Notes under the pieces: generated by a model
What the model saw: only the letters and a program-made list of their open reading frames with translations
What the model was told of the DNA's origin: nothing
Database searches by the model: none
DNA from: Ginglymostoma cirratum
Taxonomy: Eukaryota
Length of the DNA: 64,000 bases
Reading direction: 5' to 3'
Assembly (NCBI GenBank): GCA_024137785.1
Contig: JAHRHZ010000111.1
Span: forward strand, 7,244,409 to 7,308,408
In this document: positions 13,185-26,779 of the stretch, one piece after another
Position numbering within the stretch: the stretch's first letter is position 1
Layout of the letters: every line of letters begins with the position of its first letter
Made by a program: the position numbers and the translations under genes

Positions 13185-13523
13185 TTCATAGAATTCTGGA
13201 ATCAGGCCATTCGGCCCAACAAGTCCAAACCTATCCTCCAAACAGCATCCCACCCAGACCCATCCCCCGACCCCATCCCTGTAACCCTACATTTCCCATG
13301 GCTAACCTACACATTCCTGAATACGATGGGTAATTTAGCATGGCCAATCCCCCTAACTTGCTCATCTTTGGATGGTGGGGGGAAACTGGAGCACCCGGCA
13401 GAAATCCATGGAGACACAGGGAGAACATGCAAACTCTGTACAGACAGTCCCACAAGGGTGGGAACGAACCCGGGTGTCTGGCACTGTGAGGCTGCAGTGC
13501 TAACTACTGAGCCACCGTGCTGC
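13185..13523 (-). mobile_element. HE1-like V-SINE nested in a CR1 3' fragment
   Basis: Reverse complement of the family at 33229-33545. Confidence 0.8.
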
Positions 13524-13564
13524 TTACCTGAGGAAGTGGTGGATGTAGGCACAATTACAACATT

Positions 13565-14790
13565 TAAGAACATAAGAACATAAGAACTAGGAGCAGGAGT
13601 AGGCCGTCCGACCCTTCGAGCCTGCTCTGCCATTCAATAAGATCATAGCTGATCTTTTCGTGGACTCAGATCCACTTACCTGCACTCTCACCGTATCCCC
13701 TAATTCCTTTATTGGTCAAAAAAAAATCTAATTTAGCTTTAAAAACGTTTACTGAAGTAGCATCAACTATTTCACTGGGCAAGGAATTCCATAGATTAAC
13801 AACCCTCTGGGTGAAGAAGTTCCTTCTCAATTCAGTCCTAAATCTGCTCCCTCAAATCTTGAGGCTATGCTCTCTTGTCCTAAGTTCACCTGCCAGTGGA
13901 AACATCCTCTCTACATCTATCTTACCTATTCCCTGCATAATTTTATATGTTTCTATAAGATCCCCCCTCAATCTTCTGAATTCCAATGAATATAATCCCA
14001 ATCTACTCAGTCTCTCCTCATAAGCCAACCCCCTCAACTCCCGAATCAACCTAGTGAACCTCCTCTGCACCCCCTCCAGTGCCGGTACATCCTTTCTCAA
14101 GTAAGGAGACCAAAACTGCACACAGTACTCCAGGTGTGGCCTCACCAGCACCTTGTACAGCTGCAACATAACCTCTCTGTTTTTAAACTCAATCCCTTTA
14201 ACAATGAAGGACAAAATTCTATTTGCCTTCCTAATTACTGTTGTACCTGCAGACCAACCTTCTGTGATTCATGCACAAGGGCACCCAGGTCCCTCTGCAT
14301 AGCAGCATGCTGCAACTTTTTACCATTCAAGTAATAATCCCTTTTAACTATTACTCCTACCAAAATGTATGACTTCATATTTATTTACATTGTATTCCAT
14401 CTGCCAGACCTTTGCCCACTCACTCAATAGATCTATGTTCCTCTGCAAAGTTTCACAGTCCTCTGCACACTTTGCTCTGCCACTCATCTTAGTGTCATCT
14501 GCAAACTTTGACACCCTAACTCCAACTCCAAATCATCAAAATAAATCGTAAATAATTGCGGTCTCAACACCAATCCATGAGGCACACCACTAGTCACTGA
14601 TTGCCAGCCAGAATAGCACTCATTTATCCCCACTCTTTGCTTCCTGTTAGTCAACCAATCCTCTATCCATGCTAATCTTTACCCCTAACACCATGCATCC
14701 TTAACTTATGCAGCAGCCTCTTGTGCAGCACCTTTTCGAAGGCCTTTTGGAAATCCAGGTACACCACAACCACTGGATCCCCACTGTCCC
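13565..14790 (-). mobile_element. Young 5'-truncated CR1 LINE
   Basis: Intact C-terminal ORF2 segment (LYKVLVRPHLEYCVQFWSPYLRKD...RLRGDLIETYKIM), (aagaacat)n tail at ~13566-13587 and flanking catttaa duplication. Confidence 0.9.
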
Positions 14791-17446
14791 CATTTAAAAG
14801 ACATTTGGGCAAGTACATGAATGGGAAAGGTTTTAAGGGCCAGGAGTAGTCAGGTGGGAGTAGTTTAGTTTGGGATTACATGCAGCATGGACTGGTTGAA
14901 CTGAAGGGTCTGTTTGTGAGCTTTATGACTCTATAACTCAATTGACAAGGTGGTAAAGACAGCATTGAAGAAAGGAAGTGAAGATGAAGACTTGAAAAAA
15001 GATTTTGTCTGTGGTAGAATGACAACTGAGGTTAAAGTGGGTTTTATTGTGCAGGCAAAATCTAGAGTCTTGCGGTTGCTAGGACCTTGGTCATCCTATA
15101 ATCCAGCTAAACACAGGGCCAATCAGCACACTGAGACTGTAAAACACAATAAGTCAAGCATCAGAAACCAGTTGCCTTCACTCCTCTATTCAGCCCTTCA
15201 TGTCAACTCTACCATTCAGTTAGATCATGGCTGACTGCTTTTTACCTCCGACTATCTGCTTTGCTTGTAACCATTAATATCCTTGCCTAAGTGTACAACT
15301 CAAATTGCAACAAGCAAAAATCTTCAAAAACATATGTCCTCAAACTTAGTTCAACTGCAATTAAATCTGCTTGCTGCAATAACAAAAAACCAAAGAACAG
15401 ACGAAGCTATTAGAACTGTTATATCTGTATTGATCTCAGAGAGCAACTCAGTTAGCTCCACTGTTCCTTTACTTTCCACTTAGTCCTGCAAATTTTATAC
15501 ATCCTGACAATTACACAAGTCTCTTTTAAAAGTACCAATTCTATAAGCCTCCACCAGAATCTTAGACAGTGCTTTCCAGATACTAATCTCATTCTGTGTG
15601 GAAAAATATATCTTCAGACTGCCATTGCCTTTTTACTAGTCAGCTTAAACAAATATCACTGGTTTCTCAATCTTTTCCCCAGCATGGGAACAGTTTCTCT
15701 CTATCTACTCTGTCCAGACACTTTATAATTCTGAGTACCTGTCATGTCTCCTCTCAACCTTCTCTTCTAAGGACAACAACCAGAGATTATCTATCAATAA
15801 GTCCCTCATGTCTGGAACCTTTCTCATAAATCTTTTCTGCACCCTCTCTAATACGTTCACACCAAGCATTGTTGAGTCCAAACAACAATTTTATGACGGT
15901 TTATCACAATGTCCTTACTTCTGTACTCTCTGCCATTAATTTATAAAGCTAAAGATCTCAAGCCTTTCTATCCATTAAAAAATGTCCATAGGATGTGAAT
16001 GTCATTGGCTGAACCAGCTTTTGTTGTCCATCTCTATGCCCTTGAGAATATAGTGGTGATCTGCCTTCTTAACTGCTACAGTCCATCTGCTGCAGGTATC
16101 CCCACAATGCCCCTAGGGAGAAAGTTCCAAGATTTTCATCTATCAAGACCGAAGGAACAATTATATATTTCCAAGTCAGGATGATGAGCAGCTTGGAGAG
16201 GAACTTGCAGGTGATAGTGTTCCCATCTCTATCTGCTGCCCTTGTCCTTCTAGAGGGCAGCAGTTGTGAGTTGAGAGACTGAAAATCCTCCTACAAATGG
16301 ACCAAATAATTCATGGCTCTCAGATGCTCACAAGACTGATTTCTAAACCGCATGCTATAGCTCCCCCATGCTCTCACTAAGTGTCAGTTAAGTTTCAAAG
16401 AAATTAACCCTTTATCAATATCCCTATAAACTGACAGCTTTAGTAAAATTATACTCCTTTCACAAAGTTCATGATAAAACTTTTGGTTGCAGCCCCTATC
16501 TTCCAATTTTGAACTGTACCTCAACTAGAAAAGACAAGAATGCTCAATATCACTCAGCTACTGAAGTGAGGTACTGTACATAAAGTAAATCTTAGTTTAA
16601 CAATGTTGATCATGCATTTCAGCTCAGGGATCTCACATCAGGTCTCAACAGCCACAGGTTAGCAAGGGGAAAAATTAGCTTCTCTTCACACTGCTGATGG
16701 CTTCTTTGGCAGAAGTGCATGTCTAGGTATAAAGCGAAGACCAGCAATGGCCAAGCCATGAAACAATGCCACAGGGGGAGACTCCTATGCCTTCAGTAAA
16801 TAAGGGATCGACAATGTAACAAAACCAAGGACCGCAAATGCCGTAAATCTGAAAATCAGAAACTGTGGTGAAACTCAGGAGGTCTGGCTGCACCTGCGGA
16901 GAGAAAGCAGAGTTAACATTGAGTCCAGTGGCCTCTTTCAGAACTCAGCTTGACTCGAAATATTAACTCTGCTTTCTCTCCACAGATGCTGCCAGATCTA
17001 TGGAGTTTCTCCAGCAACTCCTGTTTCTGTTAAGGAATCAACAACCTCTCGGAGGTTGGGCAGAACAGCGGGCGGAACAGAAAATAATCCCAGTGATTTA
17101 ACAAAACATTGCCAGAACCAGCGACGCTTTCCAGTTAGTCAAAATGAAGGAAAAATAAATACTTCTATTACCAAATTGTTGAATAAACAACTTTCATTTG
17201 TTCAGGTCCTTTACACTTCTGTGACGTTTTACTGCATAAATCAGACAAAAATGGACTTAAGTCGTATAAAGAGCTATATGAACAGTTGAGCACATGATTA
17301 GACACATAGCAATTTTGTAAGGAGATTATTTAAATGAGAAATAAAAGGAAGATTTAGGGAGGAAATTTCAGTGCCTAGCAGCCAGGCAGCTGAAGGCACC
17401 AATGGGGGTTGAAGAAAACGGGAGACCAACACAGATATAAACCCAC

Positions 17447-17594
17447 CTGAAATGTGCTGTTAGTTCCACATGTGTGCGGAGCATTTGTTGACAAGCTGTA
17501 CATTTCACCTGGAAAGGAACCTCCTGGCACAAAGAAATCAACAACTTTTTTGCATAGTTAGGAAATGGAAGAGGGCAGCGTGTTCCCTGCTCAC
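17447..17594 (-). CDS. ZNF451: ZNF451 exon 9, C2H2 finger
   Basis: taatag|gt...cag|gtgggt, 148 bp. Translates EQGTRCPLPFPNYAKKLLISLCQEVPFQVKCTACQQMLRTHVELTAHF(R) (human FAKKLLISLCKDVPFQVKC). Confidence 0.95.
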
Positions 17595-17859
17595 CTATTA
17601 AAGATAAATAAGAGGAAACTGGGTTAGTTTCAGACGAAACCAACATTTCTGACAATGCACCAGAGTTTAACAAATAAAACTAACAGAGCTTTAAAAAAAG
17701 GTTAATGTTGAACTGTAGCTGATAACAAGTCTTTAGCTTCACAAAACAATCCTAGACAAGTCTTTCATCCTCCATTTTTGATGGCAGGTCATTGAACTGT
17801 AACTTTAACTCTCTTGCCACAGATGATAGCCGACCTGCAGAATCTTCCCCAGCATTTTC

Positions 17860-18660
17860 TACAGATGGAAAAATAGTAAATGGAATTCGATTTGGAAAAG
17901 CAAGGGTAAAGAAAAGTCAAAGAAAGCAAGGGAATACACAATAAACAATAAAATATTGACAGGGATACAGGAAATGAGAAATCTCAGAGTACTTGTCCAC
18001 AGGTCATTGAAAGTGACGAGGCAGGTAGATAAGATAGTAAAGAAAGCATATGGAAAACTTTCCTTCATTAGATGTGGTATAGTATACAAAAGCAGGGTTT
18101 AATCCTGTAATTGTTTAAAATGCTGGGTAGGCCACAACTTATGTTTGTATGTAGTTGTGGTCACTGCTTTGTAGGGACATAATTGCTCCTGACAGAGTAC
18201 GGAGGAAATATTCAGGAACGTTGCCAGGATTATTGGCTGGATAAGCCATGGCTTGTTTCCTTAACAAAAAGTTGTGATGACTTAATCATGTTGTACAAAC
18301 TTATGAGGGGCTTAGACAGGGTAGTCAGGAAAACTCAATTTCCCCAGTGGACAGGTTAATTACTAGGGGCACAGTTCAAAGGTAGAAGGATTGAAGTGGA
18401 AAAGAAGAAATAATTTTTCACCCAGAGGTTGTCAAGTGTCTGGTGTCTGGAATTTGCTGCCTAGTTTGATGGAGGAAACGTCAGCTCATTTAAAAAGGTA
18501 CCTGGATCTGCACCTCAGGTGCTGTAATGCTCAAGAGTATGGACCAGGCACTGGAAGATGAACATGGAACAGGTGGCCAGATTTTGTTTTGGTTTTCAAC
18601 CAATGTAGACGCAATGGGCTTAAATGACCTCTTTTGCTCCTGCAACTTTTCTATAGTTTC
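17860..18660 (+). mobile_element. Decayed CR1 3' fragment
   Basis: CR1 ORF2 C-terminal remnants (gtccacaggtcattgaaagtg, ttcacccagagg) and 3' UTR. Confidence 0.7.
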
Positions 18661-19294
18661 TGTGGATACCTCCATGAATACCTGCGGAACACACTATTTT
18701 TATGAAATGGAGATAGGAAGGTTTAATGTTCAACCCTCCTGTGCAGAATGAACCAATTTAAACCAGCCTGACATTTATTTAGGTGGTATGCAGGGAACAA
18801 TGCATGGGACTGAGAATTCCTTGGGTAAGGATTTACTCTGAAGGGATATCCAGCAATTGCTGTTTTATAAAACAAACTATTTTTGGAGATGTAGGTACGA
18901 CTTGAATGCCTTGAAATCACTGCCCAACCCTAACTGCCCTCAATAAGGCCGGATGAGCTGTTTTCTTAAAATACTACAGCTTTTGTGCATGCATAGCACA
19001 GATAGGGAGGGAGTTCCAGTTCTGACCCAGTGAACAGCAAAGGAATTATGGTATATTTTCAAGTCATGGTAGTGTGTGGCTTGATGGGCACTTGGAGGTG
19101 GTGGTAATCCCACAGACTTCCTGCCCTCCTTCTAAGTGGTTGAGGTTAAAAACTTGGAAGCTCGGATGCTTAGTTGGTGACTCTACGATCATGTTTAGCT
19201 CACCTCACCTCCCAGATACTTTTCAATTCACTACATACTGCATTGTTCTTGATATTAAACCTAGGGCTGTTGTCGTGTCTTGGATGTTTTGAGT

Positions 19295-19730
19295 CGGATG
19301 TTGCTCAGTCGTGGTATCCTTGCCTCAGAATCACAGTTATGGGTTCATGCCACACTCCATAAACCTGAGGACATAGCACATGCTGCCATGCCAGTTCGAA
19401 ATTAAGGGGACGCTGATGGAGTGCTGCCCAAGCAGAGGTGCTGCCTTCTTGGATAAATATCAAACCAAGACCCCATTTGCCCTTCAGAAGGCCAGTTTTA
19501 AAAAAAGACCGATTCCAAAGTAATGGGGGATTTATCGCTGGTATCCTGGCAGATATTCATCCATCAACCCAAGTTCATTAAAGCAGATTATATCGTTGCT
19601 ATCAGACTGCTGTTTGTGGCAACTTGCCATGTGTAATTTAACTGCCATGCACCTTACATTTCAGAACTACTTTGGCTAATAGCTTTGGAATATTCTAAGG
19701 AAATAAAAGGCATTATAGACATAAAAATCT
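19295..19730 (+). mobile_element. Deu-domain-like SINE (SacSINE1/AmnSINE1-related), decayed
   Basis: tRNA-like head, ggagtgctgc...gaggtgctgcc body and gctgtttgtgg...aaggcattataga tail. Fragments of the same family at ~150-330, ~3100-3250, ~22430-22600, ~38790-39010 (-) and ~60480-60900 (-). Confidence 0.55.
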
Positions 19731-21237
19731 GAGGGAAAAAGAAACATAGCTCTGCCAACAAAAGAAAGGTAAAGAGTCACAGAAATCAAGCTAAAATAGC
19801 AAGGCTTGTTCGTGGAGCTACATCTATCATTGGTCTGGCAGAGGCTCTTAATCTGGAACCAGTTTTCCTCTGTAGCTTGTTTCAGCATTGTCTGTGCTTT
19901 GGCAGATCACGCTTGTAAAAATGTTCTTGTGTATACTTTCTAATCAACCCTTCAGCGATGTTATTGCCCACCTCCAGAGCAGGTTGGATCTGAACTAGGC
20001 TTCCTGGCTCAGAAGTAGGGACACTACCAGTGTGCCACAAGAGCCCAGCAATGTTTTGTACACTTGGAGCAGGGTAGGTCAGGGGGAGACTGGCGAGAAG
20101 GAAGAAAGCACCAGGTAAGTTTGAAGATGGCAATAATCTCAATGGGACAGAGAGGAATGGAACTGATAGCTTTGGGTTCAGCAGTGTTGTGCAAACGTTG
20201 AAGACTATTTGAAGGGGGATAATATTCCCATTTGTTCAAATGTACAGGATATTAAGTTTCCAAGCATTACCTGTCAACTTCACGTTTCATATTATTTAAC
20301 TGAATCATTAACCACCAGACTTCACTGTCATTAAAAACCGTTCCACATCGAAAAATCCACAGAAGCGACATCTCCAGTGAATTTGGAATTTCTGAATCTG
20401 TTCCACTTAGATCTATTTATTTCATGGAGGTCATCAAAAATCCAAGCATTCCAGGGAAGTCCCGTTACAAATATTATAATCAATGAAAAATGCAGTAGAT
20501 TTAAATACACATGCAGAGAGTTTCAATGCTAATTTACTAAAGCAAATGATTCAGCTGCATAAAGAAAAGTACTAGTTTACCATAATGGGACAAGGAATGA
20601 GGGTCTTCAGTTAGTGAAGAGACTGGAAAGTTCTCTTTCGAGCAGAGGAAGTTAAGGGGCAATTTAACAGAGGTGTTAACACATTATAAGGATTTATTTT
20701 GTGGTGGACAGGGCAGAACTGTTTCCTCTGGTAGGGAAGTCAGTATCCAGAGGAGACAGTTTTAAGATAATGGGCACAGATCAGAGGAAGAGGTTAAAAT
20801 AATTCTTGTTTTACAAAGCAAATTGCAATCTAGAATGCACTGCCTGAAAGAGTGGGGGTACAGATAGAATAATAACTTGCAGAAGGAACTGGATACGCAT
20901 CAAGAAAACAATAATAAAGTGCTCAGCTATAGGAATAACAGCTGGTGTAGCAGAACTAATTGGATAACTAATAAAAAGAGCTCGCTTAGACAAGAGGGGC
21001 CTAATGCCTCTGTCTATAATTCAACACTTTACAAACACACCATCGCCACCACAATCATTTCTAGTCTCTACGTAACAGACTTCCACAAGGTTAATATGTC
21101 AATTTTGATGTACAATAACATCGATTAACTATTAAAATGCATTCCGTGCACCTAACCCCAACCCCCACCCCAACCCCAACCCCTAGCCCTACCCCTAGCC
21201 ACGCGCCCCCCTCCCCCCCCACCCCAACAAAACCTAC

Positions 21238-21397
21238 CACTCAATTTGTGTCTTTGAAGGAAGTGGTTTGTCTTGGCCATGTGCTGCAAGCATTCATCTC
21301 TTAAATTGAAAAGGAGATAGCAGCTTGGGCAAGCGAAGCACTGAGTAACCTGTGGTTCAAGGTCACGCCGATGACCTTCACGATCCGGTGAATCAAC
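21238..21397 (-). CDS. ZNF451: ZNF451 exon 8, C2H2 finger
   Basis: ttaaag|gtt...gtg|gtaggt, 160 bp. Translates VDSPDREGHRRDLEPQVTQCFACPSCYLLFNLRDECLQHMAKTNHFLQRHKLS(G). Confidence 0.93.
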
Positions 21398-22934
21398 CTT
21401 TAAAGAAAAGGACAATTTTTTAAATCTGTGCATTCTTCCATCATAACTACATATTCTGCATTAACTGGCAGACAACAGCAAGTCAGTACACAGGAGGCAA
21501 TTCAGACTACCACATTTGCATCAGGTCTTTGAATGAACTAATCAATTAGGACACCCCTTGCTCTTCCATCACAGCCCTGAAAAGTCTTTTGCTTCAAATA
21601 TTATATTCTATCCTATTCCTTTTTGGAAGTTATTGGTGAATCCGCTTCCGCCACCCTTTCAGGCCAGATAATAGCAACACAGCGCAGCTGAAAAAGTTTC
21701 TGTCGTCACCCCCTTGGTTCTTGAGCCGATTATTGTAAATTAAGTGTCCACTCATCATCGAACAACTCACCTGCAGAAACAGTTTGCTTCCCTCACAAAA
21801 ATAAAACTGGCCCAGGTTACTTACAAATTATTTGGACATCATCAACTCCAGATTCAAGAGGCTCTTCATGAGTAAATATCCAATGGCTAAATGCGGCTTG
21901 CAAATAGAGGTCGGGTGTCTGGCTAAAAGTCACAAACAACACTGGCCATTCATTTCTATTGGATCTCACTGTGCATGAAGTGGTTGACAGGCTTGCTTAG
22001 CTAAAACTCAATCACTAATTTTACACTTTGAAGAGGAGCTCTTTTGTTTGAGAACCATGATAAAAGGTACCATGTAACTCCAAGTGCTTCACTGGTCACC
22101 AATCCAGTCTTAGCACAGCTTAAAATTTAGGTACAAGATACAAGCAAGGTACTGAGTATGCTTAGTGGAATGTCTTTGATTGTGATTGGCATCACTATCT
22201 GATTCCAGGCAGTATTGACAACCTTTTATTTGCTTTCAATGAAGTTTAAGCTTTTTTAAGAAGTCCAAGGTACAACAAAATAAAAAAAACCCAAAGCTCC
22301 TCTTGCCTGTAATTATTTTAATTATATAACCATCCAATGCAAACCAATCCCATTGAGGTTAGTTTGAAGAAGTTATACCGACTCAAGCAACACTGCATTG
22401 GATATTTGACATTATTGGCCAAGATGCATCAGCTGTGGTTCAGTTGCCCTCAGCTCTGAAAAAGGTTGTGGATTCAAATTTTACGATAGGGATTTGAATG
22501 TATAATCCAAGTGACATCCCTGTGCAGGAATCAGGGAATGCTGCACTATCCTCTTTCAGATGAGCTATTAAACTGAGACCCCAACGGCCTTCTCAGATAA
22601 GCACAAATTTTCCAATTTTTTTTTTGTTGTGGGGCGGGATGGTGTTGGGTTTGAGAAAGAGGACCAGAATGGATGCTTGGGGAGGAGGTTGGTGGTAGAG
22701 GATAGGAGAGGATGAAGGAGACTAGAAAAGAGTTTGCAGTGGAGGGAAGAGAAACAAGGATCAACAAAACTAACAGATCGAAACTAGTCTGGAGAATTTA
22801 TGACATTAACTTAGGAACTTCTAGACTTAAACATAAGTAAAAATTGGAGAATACAGTTAAATTAAAAAGGAAAAAACAATTACACAAGTGTACTAAAAAT
22901 GAATTTTATTCATCATGCATTCAGTATAATGTAC

Positions 22935-23061
22935 CTTTAAAGCCAAATGCTCTTCATATTTCTGTAGGTTTATGAATCGTTGACAGCATGCAACACAAAT
23001 ATACCAAGTGGATGGAGACCCATGAAGTGTAATCGTGGGATCACATGGAGAATGGTCAAAC
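22935..23061 (-). CDS. ZNF451: ZNF451 exon 7
   Basis: aaaag|g ttt gac...aag|gtacat, 127 bp. Translates FDHSPCDPTITLHGSPSTWYICVACCQRFINLQKYEEHLALK; the first 14 residues match human FDHSPCDPTITLHG. Confidence 0.93.
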
Positions 23062-23684
23062 CTTTTTTTAAAAAGAAAGCATATTTTGAAAAGTTAGCAC
23101 AACTTATCAACTGAACTTCCTCTAAGCTGCCTGATAGCAAACAGTAGAGGAGCAGAGCACCCTACAAAATGAGTTGCAATGGAAGAGTCCAGGAATAATC
23201 ATACTCCGTCTGTCACCTTGTGCTCCTCAGTTGAAAAATAAAAATTTAAAAAGGTCTCTTGCTACAATACCAATGCTCTCTGACTAAATGTGGAATCCCC
23301 ACTTCACAAAGAGGCAGCCATTTGGCTCCAGGAACCTGCACCACCATTCAACCAGATCACAGCCATAACTCCACTCTCCTGCCTGCCTCCTAAAACTCCC
23401 GACTCCCTTGCTGATCAAGAATCTTACTGACTCTGCCACGATCAGATTTAATGTTAGCCTTTTACAGCAGTGACAATAGTCCATCTATACTACTCCATTA
23501 CGGAGTTTTCCTACAGTCCAGGGTCCACACATTCATAGGTTTGCCAGGTACCGGAGCGTACTGAGTGCAGCACTCGAGGTGACGCAATTAGGACCAGTCT
23601 TCTTTGGCATTTCACAGACTAAACTTTTCCAGCAATTGTTTACTGAAAAAAAATCATGGCACAGATATTGCTTGCTAGATCAGC

Positions 23685-24360
23685 ATTTATTCTCTAGTTC
23701 TAATAGCCCTCAAAAAGGTAGTGATGTGCTGCCTACTTGAACCATTGCAGTCCTTCAGATGTAGGGACAACCACAGCGCCTTAGGGAAAATTCTAGGATT
23801 TTGACCCAGTGACGTTGAAGGAACACTGATATCGTTCCAAGCCATGGAGTGAAACTTGCGATGGAGCTTGCAGGTGCTGGTATTCTCATGCAATGACAGC
23901 CCTTGACCTTCTGGGTGGTAGAAGTCACAGCTTGGGAGAAGCTTGTAAAAGGATCTTTGGCTGAATTGCTGCAGTGTATCTTATGAATGGTATACACTGC
24001 TGCCACCGTGTATCATTGTGAAGGGGACAGAGGTGGAAAGGAGTAGAGGCGGAAGGGGGTCAATGCTGAAGGTGGTGAATGGATTGCCAATCAAGTGGAT
24101 TGTTTTGACCTGGATGATCTCAAGGTTTTTCTGTGTTCTTGAAGCTGCATCCATCCAACCAAGTGGACAGCATTCCAACACACCCTTGACTTGCGCCTTT
24201 TAAATTAGGACAGGCTTTAGGGAATCAAGGGGTGAGTAACTCAGGGCAGAATTCCCAACATCTGATCTGGTGTTGTAGCCAATATTAATATGGCTGCTCC
24301 AGGACAGTTTCTGATCAATGGTAACCCTCAGAAAGTTGATACTGGGGAATTGAAATGTCA
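23685..24360 (-). mobile_element. Decayed CR1/L2-clade LINE 3' fragment
   Basis: Minus strand shows LRVTIDQKLSWSSHIN; its 3' end resembles the tail of the SINE at 52743. Confidence 0.65.
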
Positions 24361-24830
24361 TTAAACATGAAGGTATGTAGCCTTGTTGCACATTTGACTC
24401 AACAATTGTGAAAGAACAAGTGGCTGCACATGTGCTCTGGAAAAGGCCCAGGTTTCTCTTATCAAAACACAATAAGCAACCACAATAAGCACCAGTACTG
24501 ATCCCTAGGTTCATTTCTCATCAAATACTCATCCATTTTCTCAACTGGGAGCCAAAACGGAACGCTGTGTGTTATCCGTTACAAGCTCCTTGTGCTCCCT
24601 CTATAGGAACATGGGACCAAGTGTCATTGAACCAGCCAGTTACAATTCAGTAACCATTGCAGCCATTCAGTTCCATTAGGAAAAATTTATAGAAAAATTA
24701 GGTTGGCAAAGTATTAAATTTTCAGTATTTATTCAGTGGCTCATTCACAAATCTGTAGTTCCTGTTTCTTAAACAGTATTGTACAACCATATTACTTTTA
24801 CGGATACCATGTTTAAAAGAAAATGCCTAC

Positions 24831-24978
24831 CTTTTCAAATGCCCTAACAGCAGATGCCTATTGTCAAACTTCCTGTTGCAGTTCATAATTGGGCAGTCAA
24901 TGGGATCAGGAGTCACTGGTGCATTTGTGTGTCTTCTATCTCCTCTACGACCAAAACTGACAACCCCAGGCTTTGGCC
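24831..24978 (-). CDS. ZNF451: ZNF451 exon 6, first C2H2 finger
   Basis: aatag|gg...aag|gtaggc, 148 bp. Translates (G)PKPGVVSFGRRGDRRHTNAPVTPDPIDCPIMNCNRKFDNRHLLLGHLK(R). Not captured by the ORF track. Confidence 0.93.
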
Positions 24979-25444
24979 CTATTTGATACATACATTGGGA
25001 AGGGTGTAGAGGGTTGGATATTGGAAAGAAGAGGGGTTAGGGCCAGAGAGAAGAGAGTAAAATATAGCAAATTAGAAAGCTACAGCAAAAGATGATATAA
25101 ATCTAGTTAATTTGGACAGAACAGGCAGGATAAAATTAATTTGTAAATTTACCAAGTACCTTTTTACCAAGACCTCTTTCATTCTTGGAGCGTAATTTTG
25201 CACACAAGAATAAATTGCAGTTGCATACCAAATAATTACCGTTAGGGTTGTTGTTAGAAGGATGAATCCAAATACAGGATCAAATACGTTAGATTTTATT
25301 TTGTTTAGGACTTTTAAATTGGAATACATGTTTTTGAAACTTTCACTTTTTGAGATAGGCCATCACTGAAAAGGGGAAGATGACTCTTCCAGTTTCTAAT
25401 GCAACGGAGATTAGAAACTAAAATTTCTGATGATACCATCCAAT

Positions 25445-25720
25445 TGATGGCTCAGTGGTTAGCACTGCTGCCTCAGAGTGCCAGGAACTCAGATTCGATT
25501 TCAGCCTCAGAAGACAGTCAGCGTGGAGTTTGCACATTCTCCTCGTGTCTGCATGGGTTTCCTCACACAGTCCACGGATGTGTAGATTAGGTGGATTAGC
25601 CGTGGTAAATGCAGGGTTACAGGAATAAGGTAGTAGTGGTGGGATGCTCTTTGGATGGTCGGTGTGGACTTGATGGGCCAAATGGCCTGCTTCCACATTG
25701 TTGGAGTTCTATGATTCTAT
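25445..25720 (+). mobile_element. HE1-like V-SINE, internally deleted
   Basis: tggctcagtggttagcactgctgcctca head, gtggagtttgcacattctcc body, ctatgattctatga tail. Confidence 0.75.
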
Positions 25721-26779
25721 GACTAAAATGGTTGAAACCACATAAAAGAACACAGAGCCACTGGAGCTCATATGAAGATACCAGTAGTGAAGTAAGGCAG
25801 GTTGAAGAAGTTGAAGGCCAAATTCAAAAGCTGAGAATAGGTAAATATACAGTTACTTCAGCTTGATGACTATACTGGGGATTTACACCAGCAGAGTTGA
25901 AGGGTTTCCACAGACTTGTGCCATTTTCGATGAAGTGCATGCCAAAGGAAATAGGTTCGTTGTGCACTGCTGTTGGCTGAGGATCAGACTAAATCCTAAA
26001 CAATGAGGAGTTGAAATTCTTCATGAGGAACACAGAGTTTTAAAGGGCTTTGTGATTGAGACTAATTGAAACTTTGAACCACTTTGTAAGATCTATATTA
26101 ATTTTTAAATGCTTAAGGTGTTCTAATTTGCTGCCTAATTTTTTTTTCAATTATATTTTCACTTATGGTTTGTAATGTTTTGTAAACCTTCCCATCGGTT
26201 TCTTTGCTATTTTAAACTTTAGGAATAGGATAAACTGTCATCGCACATGGGCAACTCATTAAATAACAAGCTTCTCTGTTAAAAGAGTAAGAATAAATTC
26301 CTAGAGGCTAAAACATTTAGAAAAGGCAAAAGCAGTAGAACAACTCTTTTCTTTCCTTTGTTAACTCTCTTAATGCTGACACACACATCTCGGTCATATT
26401 CGCCTAATCAGCTAACTCTGGCACGCTATTCTAAGTTGTACTCGAGGACAAAGTCACACTAAGTTGGCTAGCTTTACATGCTAAGTTAAAAGGCCTAGTT
26501 GACCCACTTAATAAAATATTGTGTTCAATTGCTTCTTAACTAAGCCCACCTGTTCATCCACTGTAGGGCTTATTAAAAGCCTAGCTTAAAGCTGAAAACG
26601 ATAGAATTTTAACTGTAGATTTCAGTTAAGTGCTAACTATACACAAAATTAGCATTGTACAAAATAAAACTTCAGATTTTTTTTACCCAGTACTCAAACA
26701 CAAGTCAAAATACAAAAGGCCAACTGACCCACTTAATGAGGAACCGATTTCAGTTTTCTTTAGTCAAGTGTACTGTCTG

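Noticed and set aside
26488-26740. Direct repeat aaaaggcc..tgacccacttaat about 225 bp apart
   Set aside because: Only two short degenerate copies next to the Gypsy relic; not enough to assign a function.
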